Shown here piece after piece: positions 10,942-22,719 of a stretch of 64,000 nt of DNA. Source of the DNA: an uncultured Nitrospinota bacterium (GTDB taxonomy: Bacteria; Tectomicrobia; Entotheonellia; J063; CAVPRW01). The stretch's first letter is position 1; every line of letters begins with the position of its first letter. The stretch lies in NCBI GenBank assembly GCA_963707985.1, contig CAVPRW010000018.1, positions 96,001 to 160,000 of the forward strand, written 5' to 3'. The translations under genes and the position numbers were made by a program. Under the pieces are notes generated by a model. It ran no database searches, was not told the origin of the DNA, and saw nothing but the letters and a program-made list of their open reading frames with translations.

Positions 10942-11113
10942 GTAACGGAAATTCACACGGCCTTTTTCCCCGCTCGCCGCCCTGCCACTGGCACCGCACG
11001 CTGTGGCGCGACACTCGCCAGCGCGCCAGACCCACGGCGCCGGTACGGACAGGACGGATGCCTGGGGACAGTCAGCGCGGCTGCGAGAGGGGGAATATCG
11101 TTCCACCTCAAAA
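10942..11113 (-). repeat. non-coding repeat with GTAACGGAAATTCACACGG terminus
   Basis: Inverted partner of 8891-9010. Confidence 0.6.
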
Positions 11114-11266
11114 ATTTGGGGCTAGAAGCTCCTGAGCTGATGGATTGCCACGACAAAGGAAAGTTGCTAGACGAAGTCGTAGTATATCCCTTTCCCCCTC
11201 CTGGAGCCAGAGGCACGATGCGTGAGGACCTTGAAGTATAGGAAATGCAAGCGGCCTTTTCCACGT

Positions 11267-11480
11267 GGCATTGTCAAATTTAGCTTCCCCCTTGCCCAGC
11301 TTCTGCCCCGTGTGCCATACTCACCACATGACTACCCCACCACCAACTAACCTGTATAAGCGTCATCGGTTTCCGGCAGAGATCATCAGTCACTGTGTCT
11401 GGCTATATTTCCGGTTTTGCCTGAGCTATCGAGATGTCGAAGAGTTAATGGCGGCACGCGGTGTGATCCTCACTTATGAG
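11267..11480 (+). mobile_element. IS6-family left end and transposase fragment
   Basis: GGCATTGTCA terminus; YKRHRFPAEIISHCVWLYFRFCLSYRDVEELMAARG. Confidence 0.85.
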
Positions 11481-12150
11481 CAGGAACAATCAGCCGTAGC
11501 GGGAAGCCATTCGGTTGCGGCAACGGGGCTCCGTTCATCTCATAACACAGCAGGTTGTTGGGGTTCATGGCATCGGCGAGAGCCATGCTGCGGGCGAAGT
11601 TCTGTTTAACCTTGAGATCGCGCACCTCCTCCTCACCTTCATCGCTGCCGAAAAAAACCACCTCAATGCCCTGATCCAACACCCCCGCCTCTTGCAGAAT
11701 GGGGGCCAGCGGCGTGCCCACCCATTGGGCGTTACCAATCACGCCGTGAGACAGTTGAGGCCGATTGCCTGAGCATTCCAGCGTGAAGATGACCTGTTGC
11801 CGGGGTCTGGCCTTGAGCTGACTCAATGTGAAGGTCAGTGGCCGCTTGACCAGTCCAGTGATCTCTAGCTGCCAAGTCTGTGCGTTGATCGCGGGGCCGA
11901 GGGGTTTGTTGTAGTGCAGCACGCGGAAAAACTTCTGATTCGGAGTGATCCACGAGTCTACCTCAGCCCAGTTGAGCAGGTTTAACTCTGGGCTGGGCGG
12001 TTGTGGCTGATCGAGAAAGGGTATGACTTCCTCCCCCACCCGGTGCGGGAACGCCTGCGCCACCAAGGGGGACGGGAGCAGCGCCAGACCGATGACCGCT
12101 GCACCGCCTTGCCTCAATAGCTCTCGCCGTGAAATTTCTGGTGTGTTCAT
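11470..12150 (-). pseudogene. Tat-exported sulfite oxidase-family molybdoenzyme, C-terminally truncated
   Basis: SRRELL Tat motif, TLECSGN, YEMNGAPLPQPNGFPLRLIVP. Confidence 0.85.
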
Positions 12151-12174
12151 TGCGTACCTCCTCCTTCCCTTCTC

Positions 12175-14222
12175 ATGTCGACCAAGAAGGAACTGCGTTT
12201 GGCGGTGCTCCGCTGCTTGGTGAACCAGGCTGGCCAGCTCGTCACCAAAGACGCACTGCTCATGACGGTCTGGCCCAAGACGGCAGTGAGTGAATCCGCC
12301 TTGACTGTGGCAATTCGGCAGCTGCGTCGGGTCCTGGGCGATCAGGCGCGGACCCCCCAGTTTATCGAGACGGTGCACCGTCGGGGGTATCGGTTCAATG
12401 CCCCGCTTGCGGTGGCGGAGCCGTCTCCTGAGAGACACCAGACCGCGGGGATGTTGCGCCTACCTTTACCTGTCGCCCGCGTCGGTTCTACGCTCTTTGT
12501 CGGGCGTGAGAGCGAATTGGCTCAAGTGCACCAGTGGTTCACCACGGCGCTCCAGGGCACGCGCCAGGTGGGGATCATCACCGGGGAGCCAGGCATCGGC
12601 AAGACCGCCCTGGTCGACACCCTTGTGGCCCAGGTGGCCGCCGGGGAGGACCTCTTGGTAGGACACGGACAGTGTGTGGAGTCCTATGGCGCCGGGGAGC
12701 CTTATCTGCCCGTGCTGGAGGCGCTGGGACGCCTGTGCCGGGGACCGCATGGAACACGTCTCGTGTCGGTGCTGCGGCAGCATGCCCCCAGCTGGTTGGT
12801 GCAGATGCCTGCTCTGCTGCCCCCCGCCGAGTGGGAGGCGCTCCAGCGTGCAGTAGGCAGTACCGCACAGAGGCGGATGCTGCGCGAGCTGACCGAAGGC
12901 CTGGAGGCCTTCACGACTGAGCGGCCACTGCTGCTCGTGTTGGAAGATCTTCACTGGAGCGATCGTGCGACGCTGGAGTGGCTCGCATATATTGCCCGGC
13001 GTCCCGATCCCACTCGCCTCTTGATTCTCGGGACCTATCGACCCGCGGAGGCCTTTGTCCAGGGCCATCCATTGCGTCCTATCCTCACGGAGCTCCACCA
13101 ACACGGCCAGTGTGTGGAGCTGGCGCTGGACTATCTGTCCGAGGCCGACGTTGCAGCCTACCTTGGCCAGCGGTTCGAGGACCCCCGACTGGCGGCAGAT
13201 CTGGCGCGTGTGCTGCATCGGCGCACCAATGGGAATCCCCTATTCCTGATCTCTGTCGTCGACGAACTTGTGCGCCAGCAGGTGGTGATTGAGGGGCCAG
13301 ACAGGTGGGAGGTGCGGGCAGGGGTAGAGACCATCACCGCCATGGTCCCAGCAAACCTCCGGGCACTGATCGAGCTCCAACTCGCGCACCTCGGCTCCGA
13401 AGCCCAGACGCTGCTCGAAGCCGCGAGTGTGGCCGGGGTTGAGTGCACGGCCGCGGTGGTGGCTGCGGCCCTCGAGTGTGCCGATGAGATGGTGGAAGTG
13501 AAGTGCACGGCACTGGCCCACCAGGAGCGCTTTCTTCAGACCCGCGGCAGGGAGGAATGGCCCGATGGCACGGTGGCCAGGGGATTGGTCTGCTGGCTCT
13601 GCGCCAGGGGGACCTGCCCAGTGCCCTTTCCGTGCTCGAACGCGCGGTCGACATTTGTCGGGACGCCGATCTGCCGAACTATCTCCCCAGGGTAGCTCCG
13701 ACCCTGGGCGCAGCATACACACTCGGCGGGCGCATCGATGACGCCGTACCTCTGATCGAGCAGGGGCTGAAGCAGGCGATGGCCTTGGAACGAGTCAACT
13801 TCCAGGTGTTCTGTCGTCTCTATTTGGGCGAGGCGCAGCTATTGGCCAGCCATCTGGAGGAGGCGCAAGTCCTCGCCGAGTGCGCGCTGACGCAGGCCCG
13901 CGAGCATCAGGAACGTGGCCACCAGGCTTATGCGCTGCGACTCATCGGCGACATTACAGCGCGGCACCAACCGCTGCACAGCGAGCGAGCCGAAGCCCAC
14001 TACCGCGAAGCCCTAGACCTGGCAGAAGAGCTGGGGATGCGCCCACTCGTGGCCCATTGTCTGCTCGGTCTAGGTACCCTGCATGCCAACATCGGCCAGC
14101 GACAGCAGGCTCACGCCGAACTATCGGCTGCCATCGCACTCTACCGCGCCATGGCCATGACCTTCTGGCTGCCTCAAGCGGAGGCCGCCATGGTGCCACT
14201 CGACAGCCCTGCATCGGAGTAG
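12175..14222 (+). pseudogene. winged-helix plus AAA ATPase plus TPR regulator, fragmented (internal deletion ~13580)
   Basis: FIETVHRRGYRF, FVGRESEL, GEPGIGKT, LEDLHWSD; TPR tail in another frame. Confidence 0.8.
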
Positions 14223-14904
14223 GTTTTGCCTCATCCGTCACGACCACACCCATACTTCTCGCTTTGCATATATTCCCACGCGATTTTTCCCGCTACCCAA
14301 AGGACCCCCTGCTCGGCCGACGACATGTCGACGGGGAGGTTAAAAAGAACTAGCTCTGCCGTAACGTCCTACAGTTATTCCACCGGGAGTAGCAACTTGG
14401 ACTCGGGCGTCTGCACGATCGGGGAACTTATTACTGTTATGTCCGATCGTCACAATTTGAGTTTGGCAGCACAGCAGCCTGAAGACCTGCAACGTCGGCA
14501 GTTGGTCGCCAATACGGCGACCAAGATGGTGACGCTAGATTGCCGAGGTTGGGGATAAGGACAAAAGTGTTGTGTCACGCCGAGTTGGCTCGGAAGATTG
14601 TGAACTCGCATGCGTGATGCGCCGAGATTGCGAGGTGATGCACGAGGCTGCCTCGTGGATGGGCCAAGCTTCATCACCGAGAAATATCGGGCGCGTGGCG
14701 TCCCGGCAGGTATCGGCGGTGCCACCCATTGAAGTGAGAACATACGAGAAACATGGAGTACACGCACAGTTGTGCATCCACGCACCTGAGGCCGCGATCC
14801 AGCTATGTGCTGGTGAGAGACTCTCAGTCGGCGTCAAGATCTGGTCGTGGTATCTCCATCTGCAGTCTGGGGCGAATTGTTCCTGATGGCATTGGGGTAT
14901 AGAT

Positions 14905-15309
14905 ATGAACGACCCATCGGTGAATCCACAGGATGTGTTCCGATCCCAATTACCGGTGGGGGCCTCATTGATTGTGATATTCGTTCCGAGCAGAGACCGG
15001 GACGGGCATCCGATCGATCAAGAGTACTGGGTAGATGAGGTCCTGACGACACTGGGAAGATTGTTCCGTGGTGCAACCGCCTATCCACGCGGCCGGGGAG
15101 TGTGGCGTGACGACGAACGTCGCGGAAAGTTGCTTCAAGAGGAACGCGTCATTGTTTTTTCTTATATAGCTGAGGCAGACCTGACGACCAACGCCCTATC
15201 GGGACTGTATCGCACGCTCAGCCGTATGGGGCGTCAGGCGAATCAAGGCGAGATAGGGGTGGTCATCGACGGCAAATATTACGGAATCACCGAATATGTG
15301 GAGGAGTAG
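14905..15309 (+). CDS. hypothetical protein (small alpha/beta)
   Basis: 134-aa ORF, FRGATAYPRGRGVWRD motif, coupled to the next gene. Confidence 0.65.
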   Translation: MNDPSVNPQDVFRSQLPVGASLIVIFVPSRDRDGHPIDQEYWVDEVLTTLGRLFRGATAYPRGRGVWRDDERRGKLLQEERVIVFSYIAEADLTTNALSGLYRTLSRMGRQANQGEIGVVIDGKYYGITEYVEE

Positions 15310-15312
15310 CCA

Positions 15313-15631
15313 ATGCTTTCGGAAGAAGAAATCCGACAGGCGTTACATGCCAAGCGCATTAGTCCCATTAGTGGTCGCAAGACCAGATGGGCCTCTAGGA
15401 TTGGAGCAGATAGCAGCAGCGGTGTCCCACATTAATCCAGCGCTTGGGTCAGGCTCCCCCCGTGTACGTCGACCGATTGCCCTCGACCGTTCGACATGGG
15501 AAAAATTAGAGCAGTTAGCTGAAACTGCTGCGCAGACGACATCACAGCCAGTCACCGCATCGCAAGTGGCCGTCGCCATCATCGAGCAGTATGTGGAAGC
15601 GCTCCCGCAACGGAGCGCAACGCAGGAATGA
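15313..15631 (+). CDS. small ribbon-helix-helix-like protein, +1 frameshift ~15360
   Basis: GGAGGAG RBS then MLSEEEIRQAL; C-terminal RRPIAL...WEKLEQLA...SQVAVAIIEQY. Confidence 0.5.
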
Positions 15632-15794
15632 CGTGTAGCTGAAAGACGCCGTGCGCACCTCACCCATGTCATCCGAAGTTGTGCGTCTGAGGAGAAGAAA
15701 GGATGACGCGATGACATCAGTAACCCGCCCTATAGCTGACCAGTCGGTTTCTGTGATCTGCAACAACATGGCCAGAATCACACTGCATACTAAA

Positions 15795-17044
15795 GGAATC
15801 GCTTAGCTTACATAGACCTATTTGCAGGTCCAGGCCGTTATAAGGATGGGACAAAGTCCACCCCCTTACTGCTTCTCGAGAAAGCGATTCAAGACCCGGA
15901 TATGCGTGAAATGCTTGTGACCATATTCAACGACAAAAACGAAGATAACTCATATTCCCTGCAACATGCGATTCATACTATACCAGGTATTGAAACGCTC
16001 AAGTATCCACCTACAGTTAGAAACTCTGAGGTTGGGAAAGAAATCGTTGCAATTTTCTCTCCAATGCGTTTAGTACCAACTCTCTTCTTTGTTGACCCTT
16101 GGGGTTATAAAGGATTAACATTACAGCTTATCAACTCTGTCTTGAAGGATTGGGGCTGCGATGCGATTATCTTCTTCAACTATAACCGCATTCGCATGGG
16201 ACTTTCAAACCTCGCTGTCGAGGAGCACATGAATGCCCTCTTCACAGAGAAGCGTGCGGCCAGCCTCCGGGCTCGCTTCGCGAGGCTCAGCCCCTCAGCG
16301 GGAGAGCTGGCAATCGTCGAGGAGATCGCGAATGCCCTGACAGAGCTGGGGGCAAAATACGTGCTGCCATTTTGCTTTAAGAATGCGTATGGCACACGGA
16401 CGAGTCATCACCTGATATTTGCCACGAAAAATTTCAGAGGCTACGACATCATGAAAGGTATCATGGGCCGCCAGAGCTCTGCTGCCGACCAGGGCGTGCC
16501 CTCGTGCATCTCCATCTCGCTGAGCGACCTCTTCCTTGAGGACGTTCCCTTTGCTTTCATTGAGCGTGTCTTCAACGTCATGCAGCGTGCGTCGTGGCAT
16601 CAGTTCCAGGTTCTCACCAAGCGTTCTGAGCGCCTGATCGAGTTTGCTTGCAAACTTCCGTGGCCACAACACGTCTGGATGGGTGTAAGTGTCGAGAACG
16701 AAGACTACTCCTACCGCATTGATCACCTGCGACAGACACCAGCCAATATCAAATTTCTTTCTCTAGAACCGCTTCTTGGGCCACTTCCCTCGCTTAACCT
16801 TGAGAATATTCATTGGGTCATTGTCGGTGGAGAATCAGGCCCCGGAGCGCGTCCCATTGAGGCCTTTTGGGTCATCGACATCCGCAACCAATGTTGCGCA
16901 GCAGGGGTGCCGTTCTTCTTCAAGCAGTGGGGTGGGGTCAATAAAAAGCGAACAGGGAGAGAGATCGAGGGACGTACATGGGATGAAATGCCTCTTCCGC
17001 TCACTCATAATGGCAGGTTTCAAGGCACTTTACTCGACGTCTAA
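15795..17044 (+). pseudogene. three-Cys-motif partner (TcmP-like) methyltransferase-fold fragment fused in frame to DUF5131 (Gp37Gp68) C-terminus
   Basis: YIDLFAGPGRY and FFVDPWGYKG, then SDLF, FQVLTKR, FLSLEPLLG, WVIVGGESG, FFFKQWGG. Confidence 0.8.
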
Positions 17045-17277
17045 ACCCTGTTCCCGGCAGAAATCGCTGCTTTGGGCTTGCTTCCCTTATAGACTGCAGA
17101 ACATCACCTTCGTACGCTGACCTCAGCAACACCTATGACGCTCAAGAGAGCCCAGCGCCTCTCTCTGGAATGGGTAGCGGGCAAGAATGGTGATCATGTA
17201 GAGCTCCGCATGAACACGATTTTGCCCGCTACCCCAGGAACTCCCTCTTGGCACCGAAGAGCATTTGGCCGCGGCAC

Positions 17278-18174
17278 CTAAAACGCTTTGATACCAACCA
17301 CCTTCGTCGGGAGGCTATAGAGAGATTTCCCGGCCGTAATATACAGCGTACGCGCGTCTGGACCGCCAAACGCCAAGTTGCGCGGCACCTCCGGCACGCG
17401 AATCACGCCGACACGCTGGCCCTGCGGGTCGATCACCCAGATGCCCCCAGAGCCGGTGCAGAACACGTGCCCGTCCCGCGTGACCTTCATCCCATCCGGG
17501 ACCCCAGGCTCGGCCGACGACATGTCGATGAACACACGATTATTCGACAGTCGGCCCTGCGCGTCCACGTCGAAGGCGCGAATGCGGCGGTGACGACACA
17601 TCTCGCCATTGCTCGCCTCGGCGAGACACCGTTCATCGAGACGGCTGATGGCCACATAGAGTATCCGTTCGTCGGGTGAGAAGGCCAATCCATTGGGGTA
17701 TTCGCACTCGTCGGTAGCGAGGGCCAGGTCGCCCTGCGGACTGATGCAATACACGCCCGAGACGCCGACCTCGCGCTCTGCAGGGGGTACACGCAGCTCA
17801 GGGTCCGTGAAGAAAAGGCTGCCGTCGGAGCGGCAAACCACATCATTCGGCCTATTGAGGCGCTTGCCCTGCCAGCGATCTGCCAGGGTCGTAAGGCTTC
17901 CATCGGGGTCCATGCGTGTGATCCGCCGATTGCCCCCCTCGCACATAACCAAACGTCCCTGGCGGTCCAGGGTGCAGCCATTCCCTTCCCCGGTCTGTTC
18001 GCGGATGACCTGCACGCCGCCGGTGGCATCCCAACGCAGCAGGCGGCTGACTTGCATATCCACAAGTGTCAAGAATCCAGCCGGGTGCCAAAGCGGCCCC
18101 TCGGTGGAGCCAAGGTTGGTGGCAAGTAATTGTGGCTCGGTTGACTCCAGGATCGTTGATAGATCACTCATCAT
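17278..18174 (-). CDS. SMP-30/gluconolactonase family protein
   Basis: EGPLW, LNRPND, PNGLAFSPD, PDGMKV. Confidence 0.93.
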   Translation of the reverse strand: MMSDLSTILESTEPQLLATNLGSTEGPLWHPAGFLTLVDMQVSRLLRWDATGGVQVIREQTGEGNGCTLDRQGRLVMCEGGNRRITRMDPDGSLTTLADRWQGKRLNRPNDVVCRSDGSLFFTDPELRVPPAEREVGVSGVYCISPQGDLALATDECEYPNGLAFSPDERILYVAISRLDERCLAEASNGEMCRHRRIRAFDVDAQGRLSNNRVFIDMSSAEPGVPDGMKVTRDGHVFCTGSGGIWVIDPQGQRVGVIRVPEVPRNLAFGGPDARTLYITAGKSLYSLPTKVVGIKAF

Positions 18175-18286
18175 GAGGCAGCCCCCTTTCCTCGGTTATC
18201 TGCTCAGGCAGTTGGATCATCAGAGGACGTCCGGCACATCGGGCGCCATCGCAGGACGCACTGGCAACTTGTCAGGGGGAGCCACG

Positions 18287-19420
18287 TCAGCCACAGGCGG
18301 CAAAACGTTCCAGATGATGATCGACATCCCCGAAAGCCTGGGCGATCATCGTCAGCCGTCGGAATGTGTGGCTGATTTTCAGCTCCTCGGTCATGCCCAT
18401 GCCGCCATGGAGTTGCACGGCTTCCTGGCTGACGTGCCGGCAGGCTTCGGCGATCTGGATCTTCGCCGCCGAAACGGCTCGTTGTCGCTCAGCAGCATCG
18501 GCGGTGTCTACCTTCACGCAGGCGAGGCAAGCCATCGACCGCCCTTGCTCGTAACTGATGAACATATCGACCATGCGATGCTGCAGCGCCTGGAAGCTGC
18601 CGATGGGCACCCCGAATTGGCGTCGCGATTTCAGATACGCCAGCGTCGCCTCGTTGGCATACCTGATGGCGCCAACGGCTTCGGCACAGAGGAGGGCGGT
18701 GGCATAGTCGACGACCTCGTCGATCAGGGTGAGGCCATCGCCCTCGGAACCGATGAGTGCCTCGGCAGGAATAGGCACGCTGGAGAGCTTGATGTCAACG
18801 GCGTGAAGATTGTCGATCGTGCGGTATTCTTGCACTGTGACTCCGGGCAGGTCGCGCTCGACCAGAAAGAGGCTGATCCCACGGGCGTCGGTGGGATGGC
18901 CTGCCGTGCGCGCCGAGACCACGAGCAGATCGGCGCAGCCGCCATGGATTACGGCGCACTTCTCACCATCGAGCACCCAACCGTCCCCAGCCCGGCGCGC
19001 CCGCGTGGCGACATGCTGCAGATCATAGCGGGCTCCCCGCTCCGTCTGAGCAAAGGCAAGCTTGGCCTGCCCCTGGACAAGCGCCGGCAGGATGCGTTGC
19101 CGCTGTGTTTCCGTCCCACCGCGGGCCACGAACTGACCGCCCAGACCCACGGTGGCGAGGTACGGTTCGACGACCAGCCCTTCGCCGATGGCCTCCATCA
19201 CGACCATCAGGTCGACCGCATTGCCGCCGAAGCCACCATATGCCGTGTCGAACGGCACCCCGAGCAGACCCATGTCCGCTAAAGCCGCCCACATGTCCTC
19301 GCTGTAGCCGGCCGTGGAGGCCATAATCTTGTTGCGGGCGTCAAAGGTGTAGTGGGTGGCCAAGAAGCGCTTGAGGGTGTCGGCGAGGAGCTGTTGCTCT
19401 TCGCTATAGTCGAAGTTCAT
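18287..19420 (-). CDS. pimD: acyl-CoA dehydrogenase, PimD-like small subunit
   Basis: RRQFGVPIGSFQALQHR, QLHGGMG; follows a PimC-like gene. Confidence 0.85.
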   Translation of the reverse strand: MNFDYSEEQQLLADTLKRFLATHYTFDARNKIMASTAGYSEDMWAALADMGLLGVPFDTAYGGFGGNAVDLMVVMEAIGEGLVVEPYLATVGLGGQFVARGGTETQRQRILPALVQGQAKLAFAQTERGARYDLQHVATRARRAGDGWVLDGEKCAVIHGGCADLLVVSARTAGHPTDARGISLFLVERDLPGVTVQEYRTIDNLHAVDIKLSSVPIPAEALIGSEGDGLTLIDEVVDYATALLCAEAVGAIRYANEATLAYLKSRRQFGVPIGSFQALQHRMVDMFISYEQGRSMACLACVKVDTADAAERQRAVSAAKIQIAEACRHVSQEAVQLHGGMGMTEELKISHTFRRLTMIAQAFGDVDHHLERFAACG

Positions 19421-19447
19421 CGCGTGTCCTCCGCGCTGATCGAACCG

Positions 19448-20629
19448 TTAGAGACCCAGGGTTGCCTTAGCGATGATGTTGCGCTGGATCTCATTGGACC
19501 CCGCGTAGATGGTGGTCTTGCGCATATTCAAGTAGCGCGGTGCCAGTGATGCGGTAAAGGCGTCGAAGTCGGCTTCCGGATCCACCGGGCGGAAGAGCTG
19601 TGCCAAAGGACCGGCGGTCTGCATCATCAGCTCCGAGAGAGCTTGCTGAATCTCGGTCCCCTTGATCTTGAGCAACGAGACCTCGGCACCGGGGGCTCGA
19701 CCGCCGCGAAGCTGGTCGAGATAGCGCAGGTTGGTGATCTCCAGCGCCATCAGCTCGACCTCTACACGCGTGATTCGGTCGTGGAACCGCGGATCGTCGA
19801 GCAGGGACTTGCCATCCTTGGTCGTTTTCGCCGCCAGCTCCTTCAGCCGCGCCAGCTCGCGTTTCGAGGCGCCAATGCGGCCCGTGCCCATGCGCTCATA
19901 GCCTAGCAGGAACTTGGCCACCGTCCAGCCGTCATTCTCTTCATGGACCCGGTTTTCCAGGGGGACTCGTACATCATCGAAGAACACGGCGTTGACCTCA
20001 TGGCCACCGTCCATGAGCGTGATCGGACGCACAGAGATCCCCGGTGAGCGCATGTCGATGAGCAGAAACGAAATGCCTTCCTGGCGCTTCGGCCGGTTGG
20101 GATCAGTGCGCACCAGACAGAAGATCCAGTCGGCGTAGTGGGCCAGGGTCGTCCAGATCTTCTGCCCCGTCACGACGTAATCGTCGCCATCACGCACGGC
20201 CCGAGTTTGGAGGGAGGCAAGGTCCGACCCTGAGCCCGGCTCTGAGTATCCCTGGCACCAGAAATCCTCGCCATGGTAGATGCGCGGTAGGAAGCGCTGC
20301 TTCTGTTCCGACGTTCCGAAGCGCAGCAACACCGGTGCACACATCCGCAGGCCAAACGACATCAGGGGAGGACAACCAGCAGCGCCGCACTCTTCCTCGA
20401 AGATGTAGCGCTGCACCACCGTCCAATCGGTGCCACCCCACTCAATCGGCCAGTCTGGGGCCACCCAGCCCTTTTTGGCCAAAATCTGGTGCCAGCGCAG
20501 CAGGTTATCCTTGCTGAGTTCCTGATAATTCACCACCTTTTCGCTCAGGTCATCGGGCAGGTTCTCTCGCAGCCACGCCCGCACCCCGTCGCGAAAGGCT
20601 TCTTCTTCTGGGGAATAGTTCAGGTCCAT
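19448..20629 (-). CDS. pimC: acyl-CoA dehydrogenase, PimC-like large subunit
   Basis: WCQGYSEPGSGSDLASL, IYAGSNEIQRNII. Confidence 0.88.
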   Translation of the reverse strand: MDLNYSPEEEAFRDGVRAWLRENLPDDLSEKVVNYQELSKDNLLRWHQILAKKGWVAPDWPIEWGGTDWTVVQRYIFEEECGAAGCPPLMSFGLRMCAPVLLRFGTSEQKQRFLPRIYHGEDFWCQGYSEPGSGSDLASLQTRAVRDGDDYVVTGQKIWTTLAHYADWIFCLVRTDPNRPKRQEGISFLLIDMRSPGISVRPITLMDGGHEVNAVFFDDVRVPLENRVHEENDGWTVAKFLLGYERMGTGRIGASKRELARLKELAAKTTKDGKSLLDDPRFHDRITRVEVELMALEITNLRYLDQLRGGRAPGAEVSLLKIKGTEIQQALSELMMQTAGPLAQLFRPVDPEADFDAFTASLAPRYLNMRKTTIYAGSNEIQRNIIAKATLGL

Positions 20630-20861
20630 GCCACTTCTCCTCTCCGGCGAGTTGTCGCTCACCGCCTCAGACACGAGCATGCCGCCAATTACGGCAGTGC
20701 CAATCATACACGACTGACCGTCCCAGCGCCAGAGGACAACACTAGCAGTGCCACACCGAGAGCGCAGGCGAAGGAAGCCATCAGAATTGGCGCAGGAAAG
20801 CGACTGGTTGCCCGCTAGGCCCCCCTACAAATCGGGCAATGTCCGTCGCCAGGTCATGTGG

Positions 20862-21992
20862 TTACCAGGGAGATCGACCCGCCTGTTTCCTCCCCCCAAA
20901 GACGAATTCGATGCCAATGCCAGGGGACTGATGGTGCTGTTCCAGCGGCCGGTTGAGGAACCTAGCGGTTGGCTCGTCGAAGTGCATGTACGAGGCTGGG
21001 GTGGGGAGACGCAACTGTACCCGGATATCGGTCTGTATCCCCAATAATCGTTCAAAGATGCTGTTGGACACCCCCAAAGGATCAGTCAGGGCGAGGGGGA
21101 TATGGTCATACCAGCGCAGCTCTGGTTTCCGCAGGATGTACTCCCGGATGGGTTCGAAGAGCAAGGCGCCGACAAGCAATCCACCCACGGGAGTGACGAT
21201 CAAATCCTGGTATGACGGCTGCTCGAACATCGCTTCAATGCCAAATTCATAGAGGCTAGAGATCAATGCCGCATACCAAAAGCCGCCAAAGGCCCCGAAC
21301 CCTCGCTCGCGGGCGCGAATATAGCCGATCGCCCCGAAATAAGGGTGGCCCAGATAGTTGACATACCAGACATCCGAGTCCCAGTGAGGATGTCGCACGT
21401 TTTCCCACCATTGCTGCAGGCTGGTTTTACGTTGCTCGGAACTCCAGTGTGATACACTCTCCGGAGTCAGAAACCAGATCCCCGCACCTATCACCTGATA
21501 CCCTAGGAAAAATGCCGTATCTCTTCTGAGTCCTCGCCAATCACGTACCACCGCACTGGGTGCGGCACTTTCATCCTTTACGACGCCAGGCTCATCCTCC
21601 ATCAGCAAAGGGTCTTCGGTCAGAGTATCTTCCGTCCCGACCCCGCTCGTACCTGCAGGCGGATCGAGGAGGCTGGAAAATGGTCCAGCTCCTTCAAGTG
21701 GGCGCCAGCTTGACGGGTCTATGCCGGTGCCGAGCGGTGCATCAGCGTCGACTGGCCCCGCGGGTGGCACATCTCCAGGGTGGTAAGTAAGCTGCCCCAA
21801 GGCATTGTGGTCACCGGCCCGAGGCACCGGAGATCGAGCCCGCGCCGACCTCATCTGCTGCCCTACTCGCTCTATCCTGGACTTCTGTCCTGTCGGTCGC
21901 CTCATGACATGCTCAGTAGCCATCGCCACGTGCACATCGCTGGCAAACATGATCGTGAACAGGACCGGGGCGAGGAGCACAACATACCGCAT
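20862..21992 (-). CDS. DUF3943-like exported/membrane protein
   Basis: Signal peptide; NYLGHPYFG, EFGIEAMFEQPSYQDLIVTP. Confidence 0.75.
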   Translation of the reverse strand: MRYVVLLAPVLFTIMFASDVHVAMATEHVMRRPTGQKSRIERVGQQMRSARARSPVPRAGDHNALGQLTYHPGDVPPAGPVDADAPLGTGIDPSSWRPLEGAGPFSSLLDPPAGTSGVGTEDTLTEDPLLMEDEPGVVKDESAAPSAVVRDWRGLRRDTAFFLGYQVIGAGIWFLTPESVSHWSSEQRKTSLQQWWENVRHPHWDSDVWYVNYLGHPYFGAIGYIRARERGFGAFGGFWYAALISSLYEFGIEAMFEQPSYQDLIVTPVGGLLVGALLFEPIREYILRKPELRWYDHIPLALTDPLGVSNSIFERLLGIQTDIRVQLRLPTPASYMHFDEPTARFLNRPLEQHHQSPGIGIEFVFGGRKQAGRSPW

Positions 21993-22389
21993 CAGATCCT
22001 CCTGAGCCTATGTGCAAGGGGGTGTGCTACACGTCAGACGATGGTCTCTCATGCCACACTCTGGTACAGGCGTGCGCATGACCCGCGGCAGCCCAGACGA
22101 GCGGATCATAGTGCTGGACGCGTGGAACATGCAGGCTGGTCGGACGATCCGGGGCAAATGACACAGGCCTCTCTGGTGCCAAGAGGGTGAACACCCCACC
22201 ATTGGAGATGATGCAGGGTCCTGAGATGGTATTCTAGACCGTCCTGTGGGCTTATGGATGGGCTGCGTCGGTTCACCACTAGCGGTCGGCGCCGTCACCG
22301 GGTATCTGCACCATCTCGCTACCACCTGTGCGCCTGCCACATAGGCTGATGGCGAGGTGGAGAGATCCCAGACCACGCGACAGTGTGCG

Positions 22390-22719
22390 TTATTCCTCTT
22401 CGAGTTGCCTCCCGGCTACCTCAAGAGCCTGGCGTTTTTCTGGCGTCACTTCCGGATACGTGAGGTGCATCGAGCTGATCGTGGACGTCAAAAGATCGGC
22501 CACCGCCGCCCTCGCCACCCACTTGTGGAGGAGCTCTTGGGCTTCAGCGAGGTGCTTGAGGTTTTCGGCCAGGACGGTTTCAGCGCGCCCTTTGATGACG
22601 TCCTTACCCAGTTCCTTCAACTCCTCCGTTTGAGCCCAACCGGGGTTGCGTTGTTTCAGTCGCACCTTCGCTCCTGGCGCGACCTGGAATACCTTGATGA
22701 GTTTGGGGTTAATCATCAC
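22390..22719 (-). pseudogene. polyphosphate kinase 2 family, N- and C-termini fused by internal deletion
   Basis: LAEAQELL joined directly to HKWVARAAVA; the P-loop core is missing. Confidence 0.7.

Noticed and set aside
17693..19282. 529-aa plus-strand ORF
   Set aside because: Antisense shadow of the SMP-30 and pimD genes
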